NCBI GenBank assembly: GCA_038825775.1
Contig: JAWBOW010000003.1
Location: 1-51,038, forward strand
Direction: 5' to 3'
Origin: Candidatus Woesearchaeota archaeon
Lineage (GTDB): Archaea; Nanobdellota; Nanobdellia; Woesearchaeales; WAPY01
DNA length: 51,038 nucleotides
The position numbers were made by a program, and so were the translations under genes. The stretch's first letter is position 1, and each line of letters starts with the position of its first letter. Below, piece after piece: positions 9,185 to 19,459 of the stretch. A model generated the notes under the pieces. It was not told the origin of the DNA, ran no database searches, and saw only the letters and a program-made list of their open reading frames with translations.

Positions 9185-10045
9185 TTATTCTTTATTTATT
9201 ATTTCTTTCATCAAATTATTAACGTAATAAAAATCCCCATCTCCTTCTATGACAACATCAAAATTTTTTGTGTATTCTTCCCTTAAACTCTCAAACTCTG
9301 AGTTCAAAAAACCAATTTTTAAAAGGTGTTTATAATCAAACCCTTTTATCATTAATACGTCTTCAACAACATCTCCTAATAATATAACATTTTTTCTGTT
9401 TTTGATAACCTTATAAATTTCAGGAAACTTTTTAACAGTTGCTTCGTCCTTGTTCATTGAATGGATTAGTGGGGTTTTTAATGAAATTGCTTTTCCATTC
9501 TCATCCCAATTGAATAAGTTTGTTATGTAATAAATATTTGAATAATTCCTATCATATTTTTTAAAGAACATTGGTATTGCATCACCAATAGAACTTGAAG
9601 AAATAATAACTAGTGGAATATTATTTTCGTAAAGAATGTCTAAAAACTCGCAAACCCCCTCCCTGAATCTCACAGGACCATTTTCTATTATGTCTTCTAA
9701 ATCCTTTTTTGACAATCCTGACTCAAGCAACAATTCCATATGTTCTTCCCACCATTTTTGCATTAATCTTTTCTTTTCATAGAATGAGATTTTAGGATCA
9801 ACTTCATAAGGATGGTACTTGTTGTAAAGAGCGTGTGCTTTTTCAGCATAGTTCTTTGTTAAATGCTTACCGTCCCTTAACATTGAAATTAGAGAAGGCG
9901 TTTTAATACCATTAATTTCTGCATAAGTTAGTGTTTTGTCAAAATCTGATAGAATGTGCAATTTTTTAACCCCCTCACTCCTAATTTTTTCCTTCAAAAA
10001 ACTAAAATTTTTTTGATCCCTTATCAACACTTTTGTTTCTCTCAT
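9185..10045 (-). CDS. HAD pyrimidine 5'-nucleotidase (UMPH-1/NT5C3-like)
   Basis: DFDKTLT, KYHPYEVDP....EK..LM.KWW, IHSMNK, NVILLGD...D..M, LLKIGFLN. Confidence 0.8.
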   Translation of the reverse strand: MRETKVLIRDQKNFSFLKEKIRSEGVKKLHILSDFDKTLTYAEINGIKTPSLISMLRDGKHLTKNYAEKAHALYNKYHPYEVDPKISFYEKKRLMQKWWEEHMELLLESGLSKKDLEDIIENGPVRFREGVCEFLDILYENNIPLVIISSSSIGDAIPMFFKKYDRNYSNIYYITNLFNWDENGKAISLKTPLIHSMNKDEATVKKFPEIYKVIKNRKNVILLGDVVEDVLMIKGFDYKHLLKIGFLNSEFESLREEYTKNFDVVIEGDGDFYYVNNLMKEIINKE

Positions 10046-10254
10046 TTTAACAAGTGAAATTTTAACTTAATAAAAACTTTTCTAAAATAATAATTTTGAA
10101 ATTATAATAAAATGCTAATTATTTTCTTTCTAAGTTTGTTGTTTTTTAATGCTAAAATTCCTGTATAAAAAGCTATTGTTTTTAAACTTCCCAAACTTAA
10201 CAAAAAGTTCAATGCAGAATTATGTAACTTTTTCATCCTTATTAATGCATTAAT

Positions 10255-11130
10255 TCATTCTGCCTTGTAGTTAGGGTTAAGAATAATCCTTCCAACTTCT
10301 TCACCCGAAATGAGCGCTTGGTATATTCCCTCACCTGTCAAACCCGAAGCTAATCCTGCAGCGTCTCCAATTAAAAATTTATTTCCAAAATTATAACCGC
10401 AATAATCAAAGTTTATTATAAAGATTTCATAAATTCCTTTTGAAACATCAATTTTGTTTTTTTCTAACCACTCGTTAAAATTACGAACTAATTGTTTTGA
10501 AGGTATAATCTTTGGATTACACCCACAACCTATTGAAACATAATTGTTGTGAGGAAAAATCCAAGCATACCATGCAGAGAATAATTTTGGATCAAAAAAT
10601 ATTTCAAAATCAGAATATTTGTTTGTTGGTATTAAAAATTGAACTGCAATATCCATGTTCTTTGTTTTTAAACCTAAATTTTTTCTAACTATCGAAGAAG
10701 AACCGTCAGCCCCAACCAAAAATTTGTAATTAATCTCTTCACCATCAACTAAAATAGAATTTTCTCTAATCCCTTGAATATTTGCTTTTGTTCTCAATTC
10801 AATATTTTTAAAATCTTTGATTCTTGCCAGTTGAAAATCAGCTAATTTTTCTCTGTCAATAGTGCACAAAAAATCATTCTTAATTTTAAAATTTGAATTT
10901 TTTATGTGAAACATTATTTCTTCAGGAAAAGAATCTATCATTTCCTTCGGAATTTTTAGATAATCAACAACCTTTTTTGGAATTCCTCCAGCACAAATTT
11001 TATTCCCCAACTTCGAATTTTTCTCCAAAACCAAAACCTTGTATTTTGAGTTTCCAAGAGTTTCTGCACACTTTAATCCTGCCGGTCCTGCTCCAACAAT
11101 AACAACATCGAAGTATTCCATATTAAACAA
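10255..11130 (-). CDS. Geranylgeranyl-reductase-family FAD oxidoreductase (possibly C-terminally truncated by in-frame TGA)
   Basis: GAGPAG, KICAGG, LVGADG..S.VR, YAWIFP, IGDAAG....TGEGI; same frame stays open for 50 codons after the TGA, to TAA at 10102. Confidence 0.85.
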   Translation of the reverse strand: MFNMEYFDVVIVGAGPAGLKCAETLGNSKYKVLVLEKNSKLGNKICAGGIPKKVVDYLKIPKEMIDSFPEEIMFHIKNSNFKIKNDFLCTIDREKLADFQLARIKDFKNIELRTKANIQGIRENSILVDGEEINYKFLVGADGSSSIVRKNLGLKTKNMDIAVQFLIPTNKYSDFEIFFDPKLFSAWYAWIFPHNNYVSIGCGCNPKIIPSKQLVRNFNEWLEKNKIDVSKGIYEIFIINFDYCGYNFGNKFLIGDAAGLASGLTGEGIYQALISGEEVGRIILNPNYKAE

Positions 11131-11153
11131 AAGTTTTTAAAAAAATTTTTTAT

Positions 11154-11408
11154 TTACTTGTATTTTATTATCATAATCAAAATTGTCATTGCAAAAACTA
11201 ATGCAATACCATTAGCAGTAATTATTGGCAAATCCTTAAGCAAAATCCCATAAATCAGCCAAAGAGATATGCCTGTTGTTATTAAAAAATAAGTTCCTAA
11301 GGACAAGTCCTTTGTGCTTTTTGTCCTTATCGTCTTTATTGCCTGTGGCAAAAACGAAATAGTTGAACATGCTGCTGCTAAAAACCCAATTATTGTTATA
11401 AAGTTCAT
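11154..11408 (-). CDS. SemiSWEET (PQ-loop) transporter
   Basis: 84 aa, three TM, FLPQ..K..RTKSTKDLS, LWLIYG, PIITAN. Confidence 0.9.
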   Translation of the reverse strand: MNFITIIGFLAAACSTISFLPQAIKTIRTKSTKDLSLGTYFLITTGISLWLIYGILLKDLPIITANGIALVFAMTILIMIIKYK

Positions 11409-11689
11409 AATATTTTTTTGTGATTAATGTATTTATATGTTTTTCTAAATTAAATTATTAAATTATTTTAGGCAACTAATCTTCTACTTAAATTCAAAGC
11501 ATAAAGTAGATTTTAACATAAGTATTTGAGATAATCTAATTTGTTAGTAAAACAAGCATTATAAAATTTAGATTAAACCAAAAAAGACAAAAAGTGAGTA
11601 TTTGTAGCAGGTAAGATTTGGTAAGTGTAATTTTAAAACCTGCCTTTCAAGAAAAGGAGACTGTAAATTATGACTGTGTTGTTGCCTTA

Positions 11690-11757
11690 GTTTAACTTCA
11701 TAAGATGAAAAGAGAAAATGAAATTGCTACGCAACTTTCATCTAATAAAAGTTAAAC
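11690..11757 (+). other. attC-like imperfect palindrome
   Basis: GTTTAAC (RYYYAAC) at 11690 and GTTAAAC (GTTRRRY) at 11751; internal AGATGAAA/TTTCATCT and TTGC-TAC-GCAA pairings. Confidence 0.35.
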
Positions 11758-12025
11758 AAAATTTTTTATTTTTATGGGCTGGATTTTTAAAAGAATAAAT
11801 TTAATAAAGTGTAAGAATTATCAAAAGAATTATAAAGAGTTTATAAAGTTTTAAAATACGGCTAAAAAGGAATATTCAAATTGGACAAAAAAGGAATTAA
11901 TTAAAGAATTTCAAGAAACAAAATAAATAAGACATTTTTTAGGAATACAAGTCAGAACAAATTTCCTTAATTTGAAAAAAATAAATTTAAATATTATAAA
12001 TCAATTTATATAAAAAAGCGGTAAA

Positions 12026-14499
12026 ATGAGCAATCAAAAGGAAAAACTATTCTTTGATAAGCTTAAAGACATATTTATAGGAGCAAAAATAGAAGGCGAA
12101 TCTGGTTTTATCAATTTAATGAAAATAAAATCCTCTTATTTCGACATTATATTCTCAGAATTACAAAAAGAAATTCAAGAAAAAACAAAAGAATTTCCAG
12201 ATTTTAAAGAAGAAATGTTTGATAAGCTCTATACCTTCTTTAAAACCTACTTCTCAGAATCAGGAAGTATTTACTTCACTTATACACCATTAAAATCCAA
12301 AATTTATGAAAAAGTTTACACCAACAACAAAGACGTAGCTCTTTTTTGGAAAACTCACATGCTATATTATGTAAAAACAGACAAAATATGGCATAATTTA
12401 ACATTAAATTTTGATGAAGAAGGAATTAATTACAAGATTAACTTTGATGTTTCTAAATTAGAACACAAAAAAGCAAACGAAAAAAGAAATATTATTTATG
12501 AACTAAAATCAATTAAAGACAAAGAAATTACTTTCACCGTTATTTATTCTGAAAAAGGAAAAGTCACAAAAACAGATGAAATTCTAAAAGAATTCAAGAA
12601 AAACAAAATCTTTCTTGATGAAGAAAGATTAAACAAAATATTCAGAATCTTTGAAAAACAAAATGAAGTAGATTACTTTATAAACAAAGATGCAGAGAAA
12701 TTCTTAAAAGAACAATTCGAATTATGGCTAAAAGATTACGTATTAGATGAAAAAAGCATATTCGATGAAAAAAGACTAAAAGAATTAAAAGTTTTAAAAG
12801 AAATTGCTTTCAAAGTAATTGACTTTGTAGCACAATTCGAAAACGAATTAGTAAAGATTTGGAATAAACCCAAATTCGTTTTAAATTCTAATTACGTTAT
12901 AACTTTAGACAGAATTAAAGACATAAAATTAATAGAAAAAATAATAAAACACAAAGGTTTTGAAAAACAATGTGAAGAATGGAAAGAGTTAGGAATCCTG
13001 GAAAAATTTGAAAAAGATAAGCTTTTTACACAAACTCTAAAAGGCAAGGAATTAAGCAAAGAATACTCAAAACTACCTATAGACACAAAATATTTTGACG
13101 AAGAAATCAAACTTGAAATACTATCACAATTCGAAGATTTAGATAAAGCTTTAGATGGTTGGTTAATTCATTCTGAAAACTATCAAGCACTAAACACAAT
13201 ACTACCAAAATTTAGAGAGAAAGTACAGACGATTTATATTGATCCGCCATTTAATACAGGTGAGGATTTTGAATATATTGATAGGTTTCAGGATGCCTCT
13301 TGGTTAACATTGATGGATAATAGATTAGGAATAGCAAAAACATTTTTGAGTAAAATAGGAAGCTGTTATTTACATTTGGATTCTAATGCAGATTATTATG
13401 GGAAAATCTTATTAGATAATTTATTTGGAAAGGACAACTTTAGAGTAAAAATTACATGGAAAAGACATACTGGGCCAAAAATACAGTCTTTACATTTCCC
13501 TGATATATCCGATTTTATTTTAGTATATTCCCAAAACCAAGATAAGTGGGTATATAACCCACAATATATACCTTATAAAAAAGAGTATTTAGAAAAAATG
13601 TATAAGTATGAAGATGAAAAGGGAAGGTATAGGATTCATGATTTATATGCACCTGGTGAAGGACCATCAAGAATATTTAACGGAAAAGAAATCAATCCAC
13701 CTAAAGGACATCACTGGAGTTATACACAAGACAAAATAGATAAGATGTTAAAGGAAGGAACTATTTTTTTGACAGGAAGGGTTTTCCCAAATTGAAAGTT
13801 TATTTAGGTAAAGGCGAACAAGTTCATAATATATGGATCGACATAAATGTTATTCAAGGAAGTTCGGATGAGTTTCTAAATTTTAAAACGCAAAAGCCAG
13901 AAATGTTAATTAAAAGAATAATTTTGGCTTCTTCCAATGAAAATGATTTAATTATGGACTTCTTTTTGGGAAGTGGAACAACGACAGCTGTAGCTCACAA
14001 ACTTGGTAGAAAATGGATTGGTGTTGAAATGGGAGAACATTTCTACACAGTAGTTTTACCAAGAATGAAGAAAGTTTTAGCTTATGATAAATCAGGAATA
14101 TCAAAAGAGAAAGATGTAAAAGAAAAATACAATGAAAAAACAGCTGGCGGCTTCTTCAAATACTACGAACTTGAGCAGTATGAACAAACACTGAAAAAAT
14201 GCAGATACAAACCATCAGAACCCTTCTTAGATTTAAAAGACAAATCCATTTATCAGCAATATGTTTTTATGAAAGATTTAAAGCTATTAGAAGCAATGGA
14301 ACTTGACTATAAAAACGATAAAATAAAAATTGACTTTTCAAAAATTTATTCAAATATTGACTTAGCTGAAACACTATCAAATCTTACAGGAAAATGGATA
14401 AAGAAAATAACTAAAGAATATGTAGAATTTGAAGATAACACAAAAATAGAGTTTAATAACATTGATTTTAAATTAATTAAACCCCTAATATGGTGGTAA
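12026..14499 (+). pseudogene. mod: Type III R-M methyltransferase (Mod), split by frameshift into 12026-13795 and 13792-14499
   Basis: Catalytic YIDPPFNTG in the first ORF; TQKPE and SAM-binding DFFLGSGTT in the second; adding one T to the T7 run at 13764-13770 fuses them into an 824-aa ORF. Confidence 0.88.
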
Positions 14500-14500
14500 A

Positions 14501-17434
14501 ATGACAAATCAAATACCTTTGATTTACGAAGAAATAGCTGAAGAAATAAACTTTGAAAGTTTGCCTTTACAGTGGATTAAAACTAATTTGACTAAATTTT
14601 CTGATAAAATAGATTTGTATGACTATCAACAAGAAGCTCTAAAAAACGCAATAAAATTTTTATATTATTATTTTGAATCTTTACAAAAGTACAGAATTAC
14701 TGAAACCTATCAGGAGCATATTGAAAGAAAAAAGAAGTTGTATAATGAAATAAGAAAATATGAAAGAGATTTAATTGATTTTTTAGGAATAACAAACAAG
14801 AAGGATAAAGAGTTGTTTAATAAGCTAAAAGAATATTATACAGCAACACAAGAAAATTCTCATGAAAAAATAAGTTTCTTTAATTTTTTAAACAGAATGT
14901 GTTTTTGGATGGCAACAGGCTCTGGAAAGACTCTTGTTTTAGTAAAACTAATAGAGGTTATAGATAATCTTATAGCTGCGAATTTGATACCTAAAAATGA
15001 TATCTTGATTTTAACACATAGAGAAGACTTAATATCACAGATAAAAGCTCATATTAATGAATTTAACAAAGTGAGCAATAGAAAAATTAAGCTTTGGGAT
15101 TTAACACAATATGATGATGTAAAAAACGGAAATGTTTTAGCATTTAAAGAAAATATTAATGTTTTTATTTATAGATCTGATTTGATATCTGATCAAACAA
15201 AAGAGAAGCTTTTAAGTTTTGAGGATATAGAAAACAATGGAAGATGGTATGTTTTTCTTGATGAAGCGCATAAAGGAGATAAGGAAGATTCAAAAAGACA
15301 AATTTATTATTCAATATTAACGAGAGATGGTTTTTTATTTAATTTTTCAGCAACATTTACTGATATTTGGGACGTATTAACTACAGTTTATAATTTCAAT
15401 TTAGACACATTCATAAGGAGAGGATATGGAAAAAATGTTTATTTATCTCAGCAAGCATTAAATGCTTTTCAAGATAAAGAAGATTTTAATAGCATAGATA
15501 AGCAGAAAATAGTTCTTAAATCTCTTATCTTGTTAACAATTACAAAGAAAGCAAAAGAGAAAATTAGTAAAAAAACAAGTGAAAAAATTTACCACAATCC
15601 ACTTCTAGTTTCATTAGTCAATTCAGTAAATGTTGAGGATTCTGATTTAGAGATTTTCTTCAAGCAGCTTGAAAAAATCGCTAGAGGAGATATCCAAAAA
15701 GAGATTATAGAGAAGGCAAAAGAAGAATTGCTTAAAGAATTCAAAGAACATCCGAGATATGTTTTTGGTAGTGAAGAATTAATTTTAAATGAAGATCTAA
15801 TAAAAGAGGTAGATGTTAAAGAAATATTAAACTACGTATTTAATACTTCATCTTTTGGAAAAATAGAAGTAATAAAAATCCCGGATAATAAAGAAGAATT
15901 AATTTTTAAACTTAAAACATCTGAAAAACCTTTTGCTTTAATTAAAATAGGAGATATTTCAACATGGTTAAAAAACAAACTAGATAATTATGAAGTGTCT
16001 GAGTCCTACGAGAATAAAAGTTATTTTGAAACGATCAGCCATGATAACAATTTTGTTAATATTTTAATGGGTTCTAGAGCTTTTTATGAAGGATGGGACT
16101 CTAATAGACCTAATGTTATGATTTTTATAAATATTGGAAAAGGAGATGCAAAAAAGTATGTAACTCAATCTATAGGTAGGGGAGTAAGAATAGAACCAAT
16201 AAAAAATAAGAGAAAAAGATTAAACATACTGAGAAAAGAAGGAGATATTAAAGTTAAGGATTTGTATTCTAAAATTGGAAGCGAAGTAACATCTTTAATT
16301 GAAACTCTTTTTGTTTTTGGTACGAACAAAACAAATGTTGAAAAGATACTTGAAAGTATAAAATATGAAAGAAAAACCAGTGGAGATATTATCGAATTAG
16401 TGGAGAATAAATCTATAAAATCAAGAACTTTGTTAATTCCTGTGTATAAAGAACGTAAAGAAGCTGTTAAAATAGAGGAGTTGCCTAAATTCGAAGGTAA
16501 CAAAAAATTATTAACTGCTTTTTTAGAATGGTTTGAAGATGATAGAATCATCTATTCTACTTTTTCAGATTACAATCATGATATAAAACCAAACGATATC
16601 AAAAAGATTAGAGAATTTCTAGAAAAGGGTAAATTTAAAGACTCTGACTCTTCAGATATTTTTGTACAAACTAATCAGCTTTTCAACCATATTAATATTA
16701 TTTTAAAAGATTTTGAAAAATTTAAACAATTAGAAAATGAAATAATCCACTTTAAAAGAATTAAGGTTATTTTAAATCAAACAGAGTTACAAGATTTAAA
16801 AGATAAAATAAAACGAGTTAGTGAATATAAGGATTCTGATAAAGAGGAATACACCAATAAAATAAAGGAGATTAGTAAAACTTATAGTGAAGAGAAATTC
16901 AAAGACCTAAAAATTAAGAACATCATAAATCATTACTATCTTCCTTTAATAATCTCTGAAAAGGAGAAAATAGATTACATAAATCATATAATAAAAGTTG
17001 AAAGTGAAAGAAAATTTATTGAGCAGCTTGAAGAGTATCTAAAAAAAGATGATAATCTATTCAAATCTTGCGATTGGTGGATGTTCAGTAAAATTGATGA
17101 AACTCTTGATGAAGTCTACATCCCTTACTATAATAAATCTATTAATAAAATTGAAAATTTCAAACCAGACTTTATTTTTTGGTTGAAGAAAGAAAATAAT
17201 TATTTTATAATATTTATAGATCCCAAAAGCACAAAGTATACTGACTTCGAATACAAAATAGATGGTTATAAAAGAATATTTGAGAAAGAAGGAGAAATAA
17301 TTGTTTTTGATGTAGAAGGAAATAAGATAAAAGTTTACTTATTCTTATATACAGAAGATAAAAATAAATTATCAGAAGGTTATAAAAAGTATTGGTTTGA
17401 TAATTTTGAAACTATTAAAAATCTATTATTTTGA
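14501..17434 (+). CDS. res: Type III R-M restriction subunit (Res; SF2 helicase + PD-(D/E)xK nuclease)
   Basis: LYDYQ, MATGSGKT, LDEAHKG, FSATF, EGWD, QSIGRGVR, C-terminal FKPDFIFW...IDPK; 1 nt after mod stop. Confidence 0.9.
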   Translation: MTNQIPLIYEEIAEEINFESLPLQWIKTNLTKFSDKIDLYDYQQEALKNAIKFLYYYFESLQKYRITETYQEHIERKKKLYNEIRKYERDLIDFLGITNKKDKELFNKLKEYYTATQENSHEKISFFNFLNRMCFWMATGSGKTLVLVKLIEVIDNLIAANLIPKNDILILTHREDLISQIKAHINEFNKVSNRKIKLWDLTQYDDVKNGNVLAFKENINVFIYRSDLISDQTKEKLLSFEDIENNGRWYVFLDEAHKGDKEDSKRQIYYSILTRDGFLFNFSATFTDIWDVLTTVYNFNLDTFIRRGYGKNVYLSQQALNAFQDKEDFNSIDKQKIVLKSLILLTITKKAKEKISKKTSEKIYHNPLLVSLVNSVNVEDSDLEIFFKQLEKIARGDIQKEIIEKAKEELLKEFKEHPRYVFGSEELILNEDLIKEVDVKEILNYVFNTSSFGKIEVIKIPDNKEELIFKLKTSEKPFALIKIGDISTWLKNKLDNYEVSESYENKSYFETISHDNNFVNILMGSRAFYEGWDSNRPNVMIFINIGKGDAKKYVTQSIGRGVRIEPIKNKRKRLNILRKEGDIKVKDLYSKIGSEVTSLIETLFVFGTNKTNVEKILESIKYERKTSGDIIELVENKSIKSRTLLIPVYKERKEAVKIEELPKFEGNKKLLTAFLEWFEDDRIIYSTFSDYNHDIKPNDIKKIREFLEKGKFKDSDSSDIFVQTNQLFNHINIILKDFEKFKQLENEIIHFKRIKVILNQTELQDLKDKIKRVSEYKDSDKEEYTNKIKEISKTYSEEKFKDLKIKNIINHYYLPLIISEKEKIDYINHIIKVESERKFIEQLEEYLKKDDNLFKSCDWWMFSKIDETLDEVYIPYYNKSINKIENFKPDFIFWLKKENNYFIIFIDPKSTKYTDFEYKIDGYKRIFEKEGEIIVFDVEGNKIKVYLFLYTEDKNKLSEGYKKYWFDNFETIKNLLF

Positions 17435-17971
17435 TTTATTTTAAAATTCAAAGATGGAAATTATTTATTTTTAACAAATAATGAATAATAGTAATTGATG
17501 CGAAAAGCGAAAGCAGAAGCACTCTAAAAATATATCAAAAAACAAGAGGGTAAAAAAAATTATTAAAATAATTGATAAAATATTTATGAATATAATCAAA
17601 TGTGTATTGTTTGAAAATATTAGAATTTCAATCATCATTCTTATAGAGAAAATAAAGAAAAAACTATGGCAACAACTAATTTTCAAAGCCTCTCGACTTT
17701 GAGTTTTTCCTATAAAAAGTTGCACTAAAATTTTTTCTTAACTTTGCTTATGCCACTTAAAAACGATTAATAGGGAAAATTCTAAGATTTTCATTTAAAT
17801 TTCAGCAAGCAAAAAATATTCCTAACTAAACTAAACAAAAACAAAAATTTCTGCTGAAAATCCTGAATAAAATTTTTGAAAAGTTATAATTTTAATTTTT
17901 GATTCTTCAACATTGATTTAAGGGAATTAAAAAAGAAATTTTTATATAATCAATACCTTTTTTATTTTCTT

Positions 17972-19054
17972 ATGAAAAGTATTAGCCCGTGGAGTGATGA
18001 GTTGCCAAAGGATTATCAAGAGTTGATTGAAAGATTTGGTTTGGAAAGATTTAATGTTAGTGATTTTCCTGAGCCAAATCATTTGATGAGAAGACAAATA
18101 ATATTTGCAGGTCGGGGATTAAAGATTATTTCTGAAGCTATAAGGCAGAGGAAAGATTATTATGTTTTGAGTGGGATAATGACTTCTTCTGAAAAGATAC
18201 ATTTTGGAACTAAGAGTGTTATTGATATGATTGCTTATTTTCAAAAACACAATGCTCAAACTTTTGTTTGCATTGCTGATTTAGAAGCATTGTGCACGAG
18301 AAATATTAGTTTAGAAGAGTCAAAAAAAAGAGCTTTGAATTTTCACATTCCAATGTATTTGGCTTTAGGGCTTGATATTAAGAAAACAAATTTTTATTTT
18401 CAATCCGAAAACAAGAAGGTTATGCAATTAAGTTATGCTTTTTCTTCAAAAGTAACTTTGAACGAGTATAGGGCTATTTATGGAAATTCAGAGCCCTCAA
18501 GAATAATGGCTGCTTTAACACAATCAGCGGATATTTTGTTTCCACAAACGATTAAGAGGATGCCTGGAATAATTCCTGTTGGCGTTGACCAAGACCCTCA
18601 TATTAGATTAACAAGGGATATTGTTTCAAGGTATAAGGATTATAATTTTATAACTCCAAGTTCCATCTATAATAAATTTTTACCTTCTTTGGATGGGAGT
18701 TTGAAAATGTCAAAATCAAACTTGAATTCTGCTATATTTTTGCCTGAAGAAAAGAATTCTGCTTGTAAAAAAATAATGAGGGCTTTAACAGGCGGCAGAA
18801 AAGATATAAAGGAGCAAAAAGAAAAGGGTGGTGTTCCTGAAAACTGCATGGTTTTTGAGCTTTACAAACAACATTTAATAGAGGATGATGAAGAACTAAA
18901 CAAAGTTTATAATGATTGCAAAACAGGTAAAATTCTTTGTGGAGAGTGTAAAAAAATGGCTTGTGATTTGTTAAACAAATTTTTTGACTCTTTGAATGAT
19001 AAATTTATAAAATACAAAGAGAATATTGATGATGTGAGAATAATAAAATTTTAA
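17972..19054 (+). CDS. trpS: Tryptophanyl-tRNA synthetase (archaeal type)
   Basis: HFGT, QSADIL.PQ, PVGVDQDPH..LTRD, KMSKS, ALTGGR, CGECK. Confidence 0.93.
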   Translation: MKSISPWSDELPKDYQELIERFGLERFNVSDFPEPNHLMRRQIIFAGRGLKIISEAIRQRKDYYVLSGIMTSSEKIHFGTKSVIDMIAYFQKHNAQTFVCIADLEALCTRNISLEESKKRALNFHIPMYLALGLDIKKTNFYFQSENKKVMQLSYAFSSKVTLNEYRAIYGNSEPSRIMAALTQSADILFPQTIKRMPGIIPVGVDQDPHIRLTRDIVSRYKDYNFITPSSIYNKFLPSLDGSLKMSKSNLNSAIFLPEEKNSACKKIMRALTGGRKDIKEQKEKGGVPENCMVFELYKQHLIEDDEELNKVYNDCKTGKILCGECKKMACDLLNKFFDSLNDKFIKYKENIDDVRIIKF

Positions 19055-19126
19055 TGGGGCTAAAATTTAAGAAAGTATTTAAGCTAAAAAATTATTAATA
19101 AAAAATGATTAAGAATAAAAAAAGAG

Positions 19127-19438
19127 GTGGTAATGATGAATTTTAGAATAACCCCGCTAAAAGCAAACTTCATGGCTGCTTCGATTCTTGGAATAATAAT
19201 TTCGGCAATATTTATTCTGCCTGATTATCCTGATTGGGGAATGGCCTTTTTGATATTGTTTGTTATAATGTTTATTTCTTCATTGATTTCAATGGCATAC
19301 GCTCCTATAGAACTTGCTGACAAGATCGGATTGGATGAAGAGCAAGAAGAAATTGATAAGCTAGTTGAAAAAACTGAAGGGGAAGAGGTTAAAGAAGAAA
19401 AGATTAATTATAAAAGGAAAGACAAAAAGAAAAAATAA
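19127..19438 (+). CDS. Small two-TM membrane protein with charged tail
   Basis: Two hydrophobic helices, then acidic and basic tail; GAGGTG at start. Confidence 0.7.
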   Translation: MVMMNFRITPLKANFMAASILGIIISAIFILPDYPDWGMAFLILFVIMFISSLISMAYAPIELADKIGLDEEQEEIDKLVEKTEGEEVKEEKINYKRKDKKKK

Positions 19439-19459
19439 AATTAAAAAAATTGATCAAAA

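Noticed and set aside
10255-10257. Genome-wide TGA reassignment or selenocysteine
   Set aside because: TGA ends lipA, rps9, rps4, rps13 and alaX at plausible or expected positions; no Cys-equivalent context or SECIS seen.
17471-17725. 84-aa minus-strand ORF downstream of res
   Set aside because: Low-complexity F/I-rich translation of A-rich DNA with a non-ATG start and no motif.
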